Below, one piece after another: positions 43,992-55,295 of a stretch of 64,000 bases of DNA; the stretch's first letter is position 1, and each line of letters begins with the position of its first letter. Made by a program: the position numbers and the translations under genes. This DNA comes from Actinomycetota bacterium. GTDB taxonomy: Bacteria; Actinomycetota; Actinomycetes; S36-B12. The notes under the pieces are model-generated. The model saw nothing but the letters and a program-made list of their open reading frames with translations, was not told the DNA's origin and made no database searches. The DNA lies in the NCBI GenBank assembly GCA_017856385.1, contig JAFMFD010000002.1, positions 13,839-77,838 on the forward strand, read 5' to 3'.

Positions 43992-44972
43992 CTAGGCCAG
44001 CACCGTATCGAAGGCGACCGCGAGCCGCTGTGGGTCATGCTCACCGGGTCGTCCACCGCTGGCCCGGCTCACGTCCATCAGGAACGACTCGGCCCCCAGA
44101 TCTGCACACGAGCGACGCAGGGCAGCAACGTCCTCGACGTGGCGTCGATCGGCGATCACCACGTCGATCCGCAGGTCCGGAAGGTAGTTGTAGAGCACGT
44201 CGAGGTAGGTGTGCGCAGCAAACCCCGTCGTCTCGCCGACCTGCGGGTTGAGGTTCAGCACCACGATGCGCCGTGCCGGGCTCTCGGTGATCGCGCGCGA
44301 CAGTTCGGGGATCACCAGGTGGGGCATGACGGACGTGTACCACGAGCCCGGGCCGAGGACGACCGCATCGGCCTCCCGCACTGCGCGCAGTGCCTCGGGG
44401 CAGGCGGGAGGCGCTGGCGGGTCGAGGGCGATGTGCAGCACGTCGCCCGGGGTCGTCGCGACGGCCACCTGGCCGCGAACCTCCTGCACCCGGTCCGGCT
44501 CGCTCGGGTCATGCCCAAGCACCTCAGCGACGATGGTGAGGGGCACGGTGGTGCAGGGCAGCACGCGCCCGTTGGCGCCCAGCAGCGCCGCGACCCAGTC
44601 CAGTCCCGTCACGGGATCACCCGTCTGCTCCCACAGGGCTGTGATGAGCAGGTTCCCGACCGAGTGCCCGGCCAGTTCGCCGGAGCCGCCGAAGCGGTGC
44701 TGGACCACGCGCTCCCACGTCCGGCCCCAGGAGTCATCGCCGCACAGCGCCGCCAGTGCCATGCGCAGGTCGCCCGGTGGCAGCACGCCGAACTCCTCGC
44801 GCAGTCGGCCGCTGGATCCCCCGTCGTCGGCGACGCCGACGACAGCAGTGAGCCGATCGGTGACGCGACGCAGCGCCGAGAGCGATGAGGCCAGCCCATG
44901 GCCGCCCCCGAGCGCGACGACGGCCCGCCCCGAGGAAGTCGGGAGGGCATGACTGCGTGCGATCACGCTCAC
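43992..44972 (-). CDS. yvcK: YvcK/CuvA family (gluconeogenesis factor, CofD-like) protein
   Basis: VVALGGGHGLASSL...VADDGGSSGRLR motifs. GTG 44972 overlaps the rapZ stop (GTGA). Confidence 0.9.
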   Translation of the reverse strand: MSVIARSHALPTSSGRAVVALGGGHGLASSLSALRRVTDRLTAVVGVADDGGSSGRLREEFGVLPPGDLRMALAALCGDDSWGRTWERVVQHRFGGSGELAGHSVGNLLITALWEQTGDPVTGLDWVAALLGANGRVLPCTTVPLTIVAEVLGHDPSEPDRVQEVRGQVAVATTPGDVLHIALDPPAPPACPEALRAVREADAVVLGPGSWYTSVMPHLVIPELSRAITESPARRIVVLNLNPQVGETTGFAAHTYLDVLYNYLPDLRIDVVIADRRHVEDVAALRRSCADLGAESFLMDVSRASGGRPGEHDPQRLAVAFDTVLA

Positions 44973-45871
44973 TCGCGCCCGAGGTCGCGGTGGTGGACCC
45001 GCGTGCTGATGTCGCTCGCGGCGAGCTGCTCGGCCAAGGCTGCTGCGAGCGCCACGCTGCGGTGCTGCCCGCCAGTGCACCCGACCGCGACGGTGACGTA
45101 CTTCTTGCCCTCGCGGAGGTACCCGCGGCACACGATGCGCACCAGTTCCGCGTAGGTCCGCACGAAATCATCGGCACCCTCATGGGCCAGTACCTGGGTC
45201 GACACGGCCGAGTCCAGACCGGTCAGCGCCCGGAGATTCTCGTCCCAGTAGGGGTTCGGCAGGAATCGGGCATCGGCGACCATGTCGGAGTCCACCGGGA
45301 TCCCGTACTTGAAGCCGAACGACAGCACTGTGCACAGCACGCCGCGGGGCATGTCCTCGGGGAACGCCTCCTCGATCCGCCGGCGCAGCTCGTGCACGTT
45401 GGTGTGCGTGGTGTCGATCACGAGGTCGGCCTGCGCGCGCAGGTCGGCCAGCATTCCCCGCTCCGCCTGGAGGCCGTCGACGATGCGCAGGCCCGCCTGC
45501 AGCGGGTGCGGACGACGGGAGCTCTCGTAGCGCCGGACGAGCGCCTCGTCGGAAGCCTCGAGGAAGATCGTGCGACGGTCCACGCCCTCGCTGGGCAGCG
45601 CGCGGATCGCCTCGGAGAGTTCGCGGAAGAAGGCGCCACCGCGTGCGTCCACGACCACGGCGACCCGCTCGACGTCCGGTGTGCGGCGGGCGAGGTCGAT
45701 CACCGACCCCATGAGCGACGGGGGCATGTTGTCGATGACGAACCAGCCGAGGTCCTCCATGGCGCGCGCGGCGGTGGAACGGCCCGCGCCCGACATGCCC
45801 GTGACGAGCACCAGGCGCAGCGAGTGCGGTTCGAGATCGGTCACAGCACCATCATGTCCCATCAGGGCCAT
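44969..45871 (-). CDS. rapZ: RNase adapter / nucleotide-binding protein RapZ (YvcJ)
   Basis: Contains the motifs VLVTGMSGAGRSTAA and LGWFVIDNMPP. The start is ambiguous (ATG 45871, ATG 45862 or GTG 45844) and may overlap the uvrC 3' end. Confidence 0.9.
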   Translation of the reverse strand: MALMGHDGAVTDLEPHSLRLVLVTGMSGAGRSTAARAMEDLGWFVIDNMPPSLMGSVIDLARRTPDVERVAVVVDARGGAFFRELSEAIRALPSEGVDRRTIFLEASDEALVRRYESSRRPHPLQAGLRIVDGLQAERGMLADLRAQADLVIDTTHTNVHELRRRIEEAFPEDMPRGVLCTVLSFGFKYGIPVDSDMVADARFLPNPYWDENLRALTGLDSAVSTQVLAHEGADDFVRTYAELVRIVCRGYLREGKKYVTVAVGCTGGQHRSVALAAALAEQLAASDISTRVHHRDLGRE

Positions 45872-47780
45872 CAGAGCCGTCGGGATGCAGTGCGCGGTGG
45901 ACGGCTTCCGCGAGGGCCGGGCCGATGCCGGGTGCCTGCTGCAGTTCTGACGGCGTGGCTGCGCGCAGCCTGCTCAGCGTGCCGAAGTGCGTGCGCAGTG
46001 CGCGCGCTCGCGTCGGACCCAGACCCGGCACACCGTCGAGGATGCTCGCAGTCGAACGTCGGCCACGTCGGGTGCGGTGCAGCCCGATCGCCCGGCGATG
46101 GGCCTCGTCGCGCACCCGCTGCAGCAGGTACAGCGCCTCACTGGTGCGCGGCAGGATGACCGGCTCGTCGTCGTCGGGCAGCCAGACCTCCTCGAGGCGC
46201 TTGGCCAGGCCGACCACCGGGAGCTCACCCATGCCGCACGCCATCAGGGCATCCTGGGCGGCCCGCACCTGCGGAGAGCCGCCGTCGATGACGAGGAGGG
46301 ACGGTGGGTAGGCGAACCGCTTCGGCCGACCGGAGGCCTCGGTGGCCTGCTCGTCCGGCACGACCGAGTCCGGCGCGACCGCATCCGGCGCGGCCTCCGC
46401 GTGGGCGAACCGTCGGCTCACAACCTCGGCCACCGCGGTGAGGTCATCCGCGCCGGGCGTGCGGATGATGAACGACCGGTACTCCTTGGGCCGCGGAAGG
46501 CCGTCCTCGAAGACGACGAGGGAAGCCACGGTGTCCTGGCCCTGCAGCGTCGACACGTCGATGCACTCGATGCGCAACGGTGGCTCGACGAGCCCGAGGG
46601 CGTCCTGCAGCTCCTGGAGCGCCCGACTGCGCGAGGTGAGGTCGGCTGCGCGGCGCAGGGAATGGCGTGCCAGCAGGTTGGCCGCGTTCTCGACCGCGGT
46701 GGCCATGAGTGCCCGCTTGTCGCCACGCTGGGGCATGCGGACGGCGACCTTGGCCTCGCGCAGGCCGGACAGCCACGCGCCCACGGTGGCCGGATCGTCG
46801 AGCTGCACCGAGACCAGCACCTCGCGTGCAGGCATCGTGACCTGCGCGTCGGCATACACCCGCTGGAGGGCACGCTCGGCATATCCGGCCGAGCTGAGCT
46901 CCTCCGCCTTCTCGATCACGAGGCCGCGCTCGCCGACGATCCGGCCCCCGCGCACGTGGAAGACCTGCACGGCAACCTGGAGTTCGTCCTCGTGCAGGCC
47001 GATGACGTCGGCATCCGTCCGGTCGTCGAAGACGACGGTGTTGCGCTCCAGCGCCCTGCTCAGCGCCTGCCACCTGTCGCGCAGGCGTCCGGCCTCCTCG
47101 TAGTCCTGCCGCTCTGCGGCCTCGCGCATCCGCCGCTCGAGTCCGCGGATGTACGGCTCCTGGGTGCCACTGAGGAACGCGCACAGGTCGTCGACGTGCG
47201 TTCGATACTCCTCGGCATCGACACGGCCCACGCATGGCGCGCTGCACTTGTCGATGTACCCGAGCAGACAGGGACGCCCCACCTGGGCCGCGCGTCGAAA
47301 GACGCCATCTCGGCAGGTTCGCACCGGGAAGACGCGGATCAGCTCGTCTAGGGTCTCGCGGATCGCCCAGGCATGCGCATAGGGACCGAAGTAGCGGGAG
47401 CCACGCCGCTTGGCCTCGCGCACGACAGCCGCCCGCGGGAACTCCTCACCCACGGTCACGGCGAGGTAGGGGTAGCTCTTGTCATCGCGGTACTTGACGT
47501 TGAAACGCGGATCGTGCTCCTTGATCCACGCGTACTCAAGCGACAGGGCCTCCACCTCGTTGCCGACGACGACCCAGTCGACCGATGACGCCGACGTCAC
47601 CATGGAGCGCGTGCGCGGGTGCAGGGAGTCGAGGTCGGCGAAGTACGAGTTCAGCCGCGATCGCAGGTTGCGCGCCTTGCCCACGTAGATGACGCGGCCG
47701 TGGGCATCCCGGAAGCGGTAGACGCCGGGCTCGGTCGGGATCTCCCCCGGTGCGGGTCGGTAGGAGCTGGGGTCCGCCAT
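45852..47780 (-). CDS. uvrC: Excinuclease ABC subunit C
   Basis: 642 aa. GIY-YIG N-terminus (GVYRFRDAHGRVIYVGKA), UVR domain and C-terminal HhH. Confidence 0.95.
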   Translation of the reverse strand: MADPSSYRPAPGEIPTEPGVYRFRDAHGRVIYVGKARNLRSRLNSYFADLDSLHPRTRSMVTSASSVDWVVVGNEVEALSLEYAWIKEHDPRFNVKYRDDKSYPYLAVTVGEEFPRAAVVREAKRRGSRYFGPYAHAWAIRETLDELIRVFPVRTCRDGVFRRAAQVGRPCLLGYIDKCSAPCVGRVDAEEYRTHVDDLCAFLSGTQEPYIRGLERRMREAAERQDYEEAGRLRDRWQALSRALERNTVVFDDRTDADVIGLHEDELQVAVQVFHVRGGRIVGERGLVIEKAEELSSAGYAERALQRVYADAQVTMPAREVLVSVQLDDPATVGAWLSGLREAKVAVRMPQRGDKRALMATAVENAANLLARHSLRRAADLTSRSRALQELQDALGLVEPPLRIECIDVSTLQGQDTVASLVVFEDGLPRPKEYRSFIIRTPGADDLTAVAEVVSRRFAHAEAAPDAVAPDSVVPDEQATEASGRPKRFAYPPSLLVIDGGSPQVRAAQDALMACGMGELPVVGLAKRLEEVWLPDDDEPVILPRTSEALYLLQRVRDEAHRRAIGLHRTRRGRRSTASILDGVPGLGPTRARALRTHFGTLSRLRAATPSELQQAPGIGPALAEAVHRALHPDGSDGPDGT

Positions 47781-47795
47781 CGGGGTGCGGCCGGA

Positions 47796-48251
47796 TCAGG
47801 CCAGGGAGATGCCGCCGGCGTCGTCGACGACGATCTCCTCCGGCGTGAGGCCCTCGCGCGCCGGCCCCTCAAGCACAGCACCGTCGACCGCGGAGAAGAG
47901 CGACCCGTGGCACGCGCACAGGATCTCGTTGTCGGCGACCTCCGACACCAGGCAGCCCTGGTGCGGGCAGATCGCGGTGAAGGCCCGGAAGTCTCCCTCG
48001 GCCGGCTGGGTGACCACCACCGGCGGCTCGGGGATGATCACGCCACTGCCCACGGGGATGTCCGCGACGGCGACGAGCGCGGCGGCTGCCGGTGCAGCGC
48101 CGGCGGATGGAGCCTCCCCACCGGCAGCGGGCGCGGGCTCAGCCGAGGCCGCGGGTGCCGCGGCCTCCTCGGAGGAACTGCACGCCGCAAGGACACCGGC
48201 TGCCGCGATGGTGCCCCCCGCCACCAGGACGGTCCGCCTGTCGATGCTCAT
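47796..48251 (-). CDS. Rieske [2Fe-2S] domain lipoprotein with Tat-type signal
   Basis: MSIDRRTVLVAGGTIAAAGVLAAC carries a twin-Arg motif plus a lipobox. Rieske motifs CPHQGC and CACHGS are present. GGAGGGAGAG lies upstream of ATG 48251. Confidence 0.85.
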   Translation of the reverse strand: MSIDRRTVLVAGGTIAAAGVLAACSSSEEAAAPAASAEPAPAAGGEAPSAGAAPAAAALVAVADIPVGSGVIIPEPPVVVTQPAEGDFRAFTAICPHQGCLVSEVADNEILCACHGSLFSAVDGAVLEGPAREGLTPEEIVVDDAGGISLA

Positions 48252-48279
48252 GGTCTCTCCCTCCGTTGGTGCTTGCACG

Positions 48280-51150
<2,871 letters not shown>

Positions 51151-51196
51151 CGCTCCCACTTCCGCATTAGGGTCTTGCCATTGATCGGAGGGATGA

Positions 51197-51847
51197 ATGT
51201 ATAACGGACGAGTGACCGTCGGCGGTCCGGCGGACGTGCACGACCTCGGCCGCCTGATCATCAGCAAGGTGGCCGTCGGTCCCTACGACAACAACGCCTA
51301 TCTGCTCCGCTGTCGGGACACCGGGGCTCAGGTCCTCGTGGATGCCGCAGCCGAGCCCGGGCGCCTCATGGACCTCATAGGCCCCGAGGGCATCTCCCTC
51401 ATCGTCACGACCCATCGCCACCGGGACCACTGGCAGGCCCTGCAGGAGGTGAAGGACCTCACCGGGGCCCCCACCGCGGCCCACGTGGACGACATGGCGG
51501 GCATCGAGGTGCCCACCGACGTTGTGATCCGCGACGGCGAGTCGATCGCCGTCGGCGACTGCCGCCTCGAGGCCATCCACCTCGTGGGCCACACCCCGGG
51601 CTCCATCGCCCTGCTCTACGACGACCCCGATGGCCCACCGCACCTGATCACCGGTGACTGCCTCTTCCCGGGCGGCGTGGGCAAGACAAATGATCCCGAG
51701 GCCTTCGACTCGCTCTACGGCGATGTCGTCACGCGGCTGTTCGATCGGCTGCCCGACGAGACCTGGGTCTACCCCGGCCACGGGAACGACACCACGATCG
51801 GGGCCGAGCGCCCACACCTAGAGGAGTGGCGCGAGCGCGGCTGGTGA
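51197..51847 (+). CDS. MBL-fold metallo-hydrolase
   Basis: 216 aa. THRHRDH metal motif and later HTPG. It is divergent from uvrA. Confidence 0.9.
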   Translation: MYNGRVTVGGPADVHDLGRLIISKVAVGPYDNNAYLLRCRDTGAQVLVDAAAEPGRLMDLIGPEGISLIVTTHRHRDHWQALQEVKDLTGAPTAAHVDDMAGIEVPTDVVIRDGESIAVGDCRLEAIHLVGHTPGSIALLYDDPDGPPHLITGDCLFPGGVGKTNDPEAFDSLYGDVVTRLFDRLPDETWVYPGHGNDTTIGAERPHLEEWRERGW

Positions 51848-51970
51848 GCTTCTGGCAGTTCCCGGGGTGCTGGGACCCCATAATCGGGAATGTCGACGGA
51901 CTCCCGCCCGAATCAGGGCAGGCTGGTGGGCACGGGCCACCCGAGCGGGTTCCAGAGAGGCAGGCAGGAC

Positions 51971-53932
51971 ATGTCACGATTCACGACCACCGGGCGACGT
52001 CGCCGCGGAGTCCTTCTGGGACTCGGGGCCAGCCTGGCCCTGGGCCTGCTGTCAACCGCCACCCCCGCCCTGGCCGTCAATGACGCCGAGGAGAGCATCG
52101 GGACGGACTACAGTGCCGAGCCGCTCCCCACGTCGCCCAGCGTGAATGGATGTCGAGTCACCCAGCAGGTGCGTCGGACCAACTCCCTGACACTCGAGCT
52201 GAGGGCCTGCGAGCCGGGCTACCTGCTCGACACCGCGCAGCCTCGCCAGACATCCGTGCCGGAGAGCCGGACGGGCACCCTCTCCCGAGTCCCCCTGAGC
52301 TACCAGCTGCCTGCGGGCGTCTACAACTTCCCGAGCACCTACCGCTGCGAGGGAACCAACACCTCGCCCGCGTGCGGCTACTCCGCTCAGGCCTTTGTGA
52401 TGTGGACGTGGGTCCCGACTGGGAAGTCGTGCCCGAAGGCCCTTCCTACCGGACGCAGCTACCGCAATGCCAGCCTCTCCGGCATCAACTGGAGTGTCAC
52501 CTCCCCTCCGCGCATCCAGGAGTTCACGGGGGCAGATGGATCGAAGTGGTCGCTCATGGTTGAGCGCGGCAAGACCGAGATCGGACTCTCGTCGCAGAGG
52601 GGCGACTCGAACCCCACCACGGCCTGGCAGCGCTACGACAGCACGCTCGCGTTCGACACGGCCGGTCGCGGTGAGCAGACGCTGTGCGCCAAGACCGGCA
52701 TGCGCTTCGTCGACAACATCAACACTCCCTGGATCCTGTTCAGCAAGGACAGGCGGATTGACGTGCTCGGAGGCATCAACCTGGCAGGACCTGACTACCG
52801 CCCACGCGTGCCCTCCCTCACGGCTGTCGGCGGGACCACACTTGGCCAGGACGGGTCCTGGTCGGCCAACACCACCATCTACACGCTGAACAACATCAGC
52901 GACGCCAACGCCATCCAGGCCCGAGAGCTCCGCTTCCGCTACGTCAAGGCGGACCCGCCCACCACCGCGGACGGCAAGCTCAATGGCGGCGGCTGCCGGC
53001 CCGGGGATGCCTCGGGCAGCGACCTCTACACCATCGACCTGAAGCAGCGCGCCCTCAGTCGAGGGGTGTCCGCCGCGAACTCGATCACCATCGTCGAGAA
53101 GCGCAGCGACCGGGCCGTACCGGCCGATGCCACCTACCTGTGCGCCTACCAGTACCTGCGCACGTCAGGCGCACAGGAGTTCACCTCGCTCTCCACGTGG
53201 CTCCAGCTCACGCCGAAGTCCGCCGTCGAGACGCTCGTCTCGAGCCTGCCCAAGCTCACCGTGGCGCAGGCCACGGCGAAGCTCGAGAGCCTGTCCTCGT
53301 CGCTCACCACGGCACTCGCCCGCCCGGTCCTTGACCAGGCGGAGATCGACCGCCTCCGTCGCGAGGCGGCCGAGGCGGCCGAGCAGGCCCGTCAGGCCGC
53401 CCAGCAGGCGCTGCAGCAGCAGGAGGAGCAGCAGAACGCCACGCCGCCGGGGCAGGGAGCGCCCACCGCCACCCCCGAGACGGGAATCGACATGCTGCTC
53501 GACAAGCTCAGCACGTTCGAGGACGAGGAGCGCAAGCTCCTCGAGACCCGCACCCCACTGGAGCTCGCCACCGGCCTGGACCCGGCAGCCACCCCGGTCT
53601 ACCCGCTCGGCAAGGCCTCTCCGGCTGGACTCAAACTCACGATCACCGCGCCCAAGGCGATCAAGGCCGGCGGCAAGGCGCGCGTCACGGTCAAGGTTGC
53701 CCCCGCGAAGTGGGCGGGCACCGCGACGGTCTACCTGATCCGGAAGGTCGATGGGGCACCCACGCTGGTCTCCAAGGGCAGCCGGTCGTTGGGCGCCAAG
53801 GGCGGCGTGGTGACCGTGAAGGTGCCCCGCTCCTCCGGTGCCGGCAAGTACCAGTTGCTCACCGCGTTCGATCCCAAGACGGATGCCATGACCGGGATCG
53901 CCTCCTTCAAGCCGCTCACCGTCCGCCGCTAG
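51971..53932 (+). CDS. Hypothetical secreted protein, no family recognised (Tat/Sec signal, Cys-containing N-terminal region, coiled coil, Ig-like C-terminal module)
   Basis: The frame is strongly GC3-biased. Signal: MSRFTTTGRRRRGVLLGLGASLALGLLSTATPALA/VN. AGGCAGGA lies upstream of ATG 51971. An alternative in-frame ATG 51890 sits 5 nt after a CATAAT hexamer. Confidence 0.8.
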   Translation: MSRFTTTGRRRRGVLLGLGASLALGLLSTATPALAVNDAEESIGTDYSAEPLPTSPSVNGCRVTQQVRRTNSLTLELRACEPGYLLDTAQPRQTSVPESRTGTLSRVPLSYQLPAGVYNFPSTYRCEGTNTSPACGYSAQAFVMWTWVPTGKSCPKALPTGRSYRNASLSGINWSVTSPPRIQEFTGADGSKWSLMVERGKTEIGLSSQRGDSNPTTAWQRYDSTLAFDTAGRGEQTLCAKTGMRFVDNINTPWILFSKDRRIDVLGGINLAGPDYRPRVPSLTAVGGTTLGQDGSWSANTTIYTLNNISDANAIQARELRFRYVKADPPTTADGKLNGGGCRPGDASGSDLYTIDLKQRALSRGVSAANSITIVEKRSDRAVPADATYLCAYQYLRTSGAQEFTSLSTWLQLTPKSAVETLVSSLPKLTVAQATAKLESLSSSLTTALARPVLDQAEIDRLRREAAEAAEQARQAAQQALQQQEEQQNATPPGQGAPTATPETGIDMLLDKLSTFEDEERKLLETRTPLELATGLDPAATPVYPLGKASPAGLKLTITAPKAIKAGGKARVTVKVAPAKWAGTATVYLIRKVDGAPTLVSKGSRSLGAKGGVVTVKVPRSSGAGKYQLLTAFDPKTDAMTGIASFKPLTVRR

Positions 53933-53958
53933 TTGAATCTCGGTGGCAGACTCCCGCC

Positions 53959-54204
53959 ATGCCGTCCTTCACCGTGCAGGGCCTGCTCAAGGTCTCGTCC
54001 GGACACTGGGTGATCTGGACGGCCGAGGGCTCCTACGCGATCCGTGACTTCGGCCAGGTCGGCGAGGCGATGCTCAACTACTCCACCACGATCGAGGCGG
54101 GCTCCGGCGCGGAGGCCATCGCCACCTTCGTCTCGACCTACTACCCCATGAGCGACGAAGGGCCCGAGGTGTTCGACGAGGTCGTGATCCGCGACGTCAC
54201 GTGA
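53959..54204 (+). CDS. Hypothetical small acidic protein (81 aa), no family recognised
   Basis: Almost every codon ends in G or C in this frame. There is no signal peptide or TM segment. It starts 26 nt after the upstream stop, and its 3' end overlaps the terC 3' end by 8 nt. Confidence 0.6.
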   Translation: MPSFTVQGLLKVSSGHWVIWTAEGSYAIRDFGQVGEAMLNYSTTIEAGSGAEAIATFVSTYYPMSDEGPEVFDEVVIRDVT

Positions 54205-55213
54205 GCGGTTGGGTCGGCTCGTCCGATTCGTCGTGGTGGCTGTCGGTGAGGCGACCGGCATGGGCCACGGCGGTCGGATCCTTGCGCACCTTGATCCATG
54301 AGGCGACGGCCACGATGACCAGCACCGCACCGATGAAGGCGAGGCTGACATTGGTCGGGATCTTTGGCACGGTGTCAGGCCAGGTCTCATGCCCCCACGT
54401 GAGAACGAGCTTGATGCCGATGAAGACGAGGATCACGGCCAGCCCGATGGACAGGTAGATGATCTTGTCGAGCAGTCCCTTGAGCAGGAAGTACAGGGCG
54501 CGCAGACCGAGGAGCGCGAACGCGTTCGCCGCGAACACCAGGTAGGGCTCCTGGGTCACGCCGAAGGTCGCGGGGATCGAGTCCAGGGCGAAGAGCACGT
54601 CGGTCGAGCCAATGGCGATCATCACCAGCAGCAGGGGCGTGATCGCCTTTCGCCCGTCGATGCGGGTGAACAGCCTGGTGCCGTCGTAGTGGTCGCTCAC
54701 CAGGAAGCGCTTGCGCACCAGGCGGACGACGACGTTGTCCTTCGGCTCGGGATCCTCGTTTCGATGGCGGGCCAGCTGGACGCCAGTCCAGATCAGGATC
54801 GCGCCGAAGAGCACGAAGGTGAAGGAGAAGGCGGCGAGGGCGGCCGCGCCCACCGCGATGAAGATCGCCCGCAGGATCAGTGCGAGCACGACCCCGACCA
54901 GCAGGACGCGCTGGTGCAGGACAGTGGGCACGGCGAACTGCGTGAGGATGATGATGAAGACGAAGAGGTTGTCCACGCTGAGCGACTTCTCGACGAGGTA
55001 CGCAGCGAAGAACTGCGTGCCCATGTCGGAGCCCTCCCAGACCCACAGCGCGATGCCGAACGCGACGGCGAGGCCGATGTAGAAAATCGACCAGAACAGC
55101 GCCTCCTTGAACTGCACGTCGTGCGGCTTGCTGCTCACCGTGACGAAGTCGAGCACGATCAGCCCGATGATCCCCGCGATCGTCACGGCCCACAGGGTCA
55201 AGGAGACGTCCAC
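54197..55213 (-). CDS. terC: TerC family integral membrane protein
   Basis: 338 aa from GTG 55213, with AAGGGA upstream. KSLSVDNLFVF and STDVLFALDSIPA motifs. The upstream part of the 506-aa track ORF is junk overlapping uvrB. Confidence 0.9.
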   Translation of the reverse strand: MDVSLTLWAVTIAGIIGLIVLDFVTVSSKPHDVQFKEALFWSIFYIGLAVAFGIALWVWEGSDMGTQFFAAYLVEKSLSVDNLFVFIIILTQFAVPTVLHQRVLLVGVVLALILRAIFIAVGAAALAAFSFTFVLFGAILIWTGVQLARHRNEDPEPKDNVVVRLVRKRFLVSDHYDGTRLFTRIDGRKAITPLLLVMIAIGSTDVLFALDSIPATFGVTQEPYLVFAANAFALLGLRALYFLLKGLLDKIIYLSIGLAVILVFIGIKLVLTWGHETWPDTVPKIPTNVSLAFIGAVLVIVAVASWIKVRKDPTAVAHAGRLTDSHHDESDEPTQPLT

Positions 55214-55295
55214 GTGGTTCCCTTCTGCGTGTAGGGAGATCAAGGCTAGTGCAGGACCCGGTGGGGCGCCCGAGTCGATTTCGTGCAGCGGGCGC

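Noticed and set aside
51151-51196. SOS (LexA) box or RecA-independent damage-response promoter motif in the uvrA/MBL divergent region
   Set aside because: No TCGAAC-N4-GTTCGA-like palindrome and no TGTCGGTG-N8-TANNNT pattern is present. Only a TAATGC hexamer lies near the uvrA start.
55214-55295. Possible yybP-ykoY (Mn2+) riboswitch upstream of the TerC-family gene
   Set aside because: I read the minus-strand leader and the uvrB 3' end. There is no GGGGAGUAG or UUGACA...GCAAGACC core. The 82-nt gap holds only a short GC hairpin at the uvrB stop and an AAGGGA ribosome-binding site.
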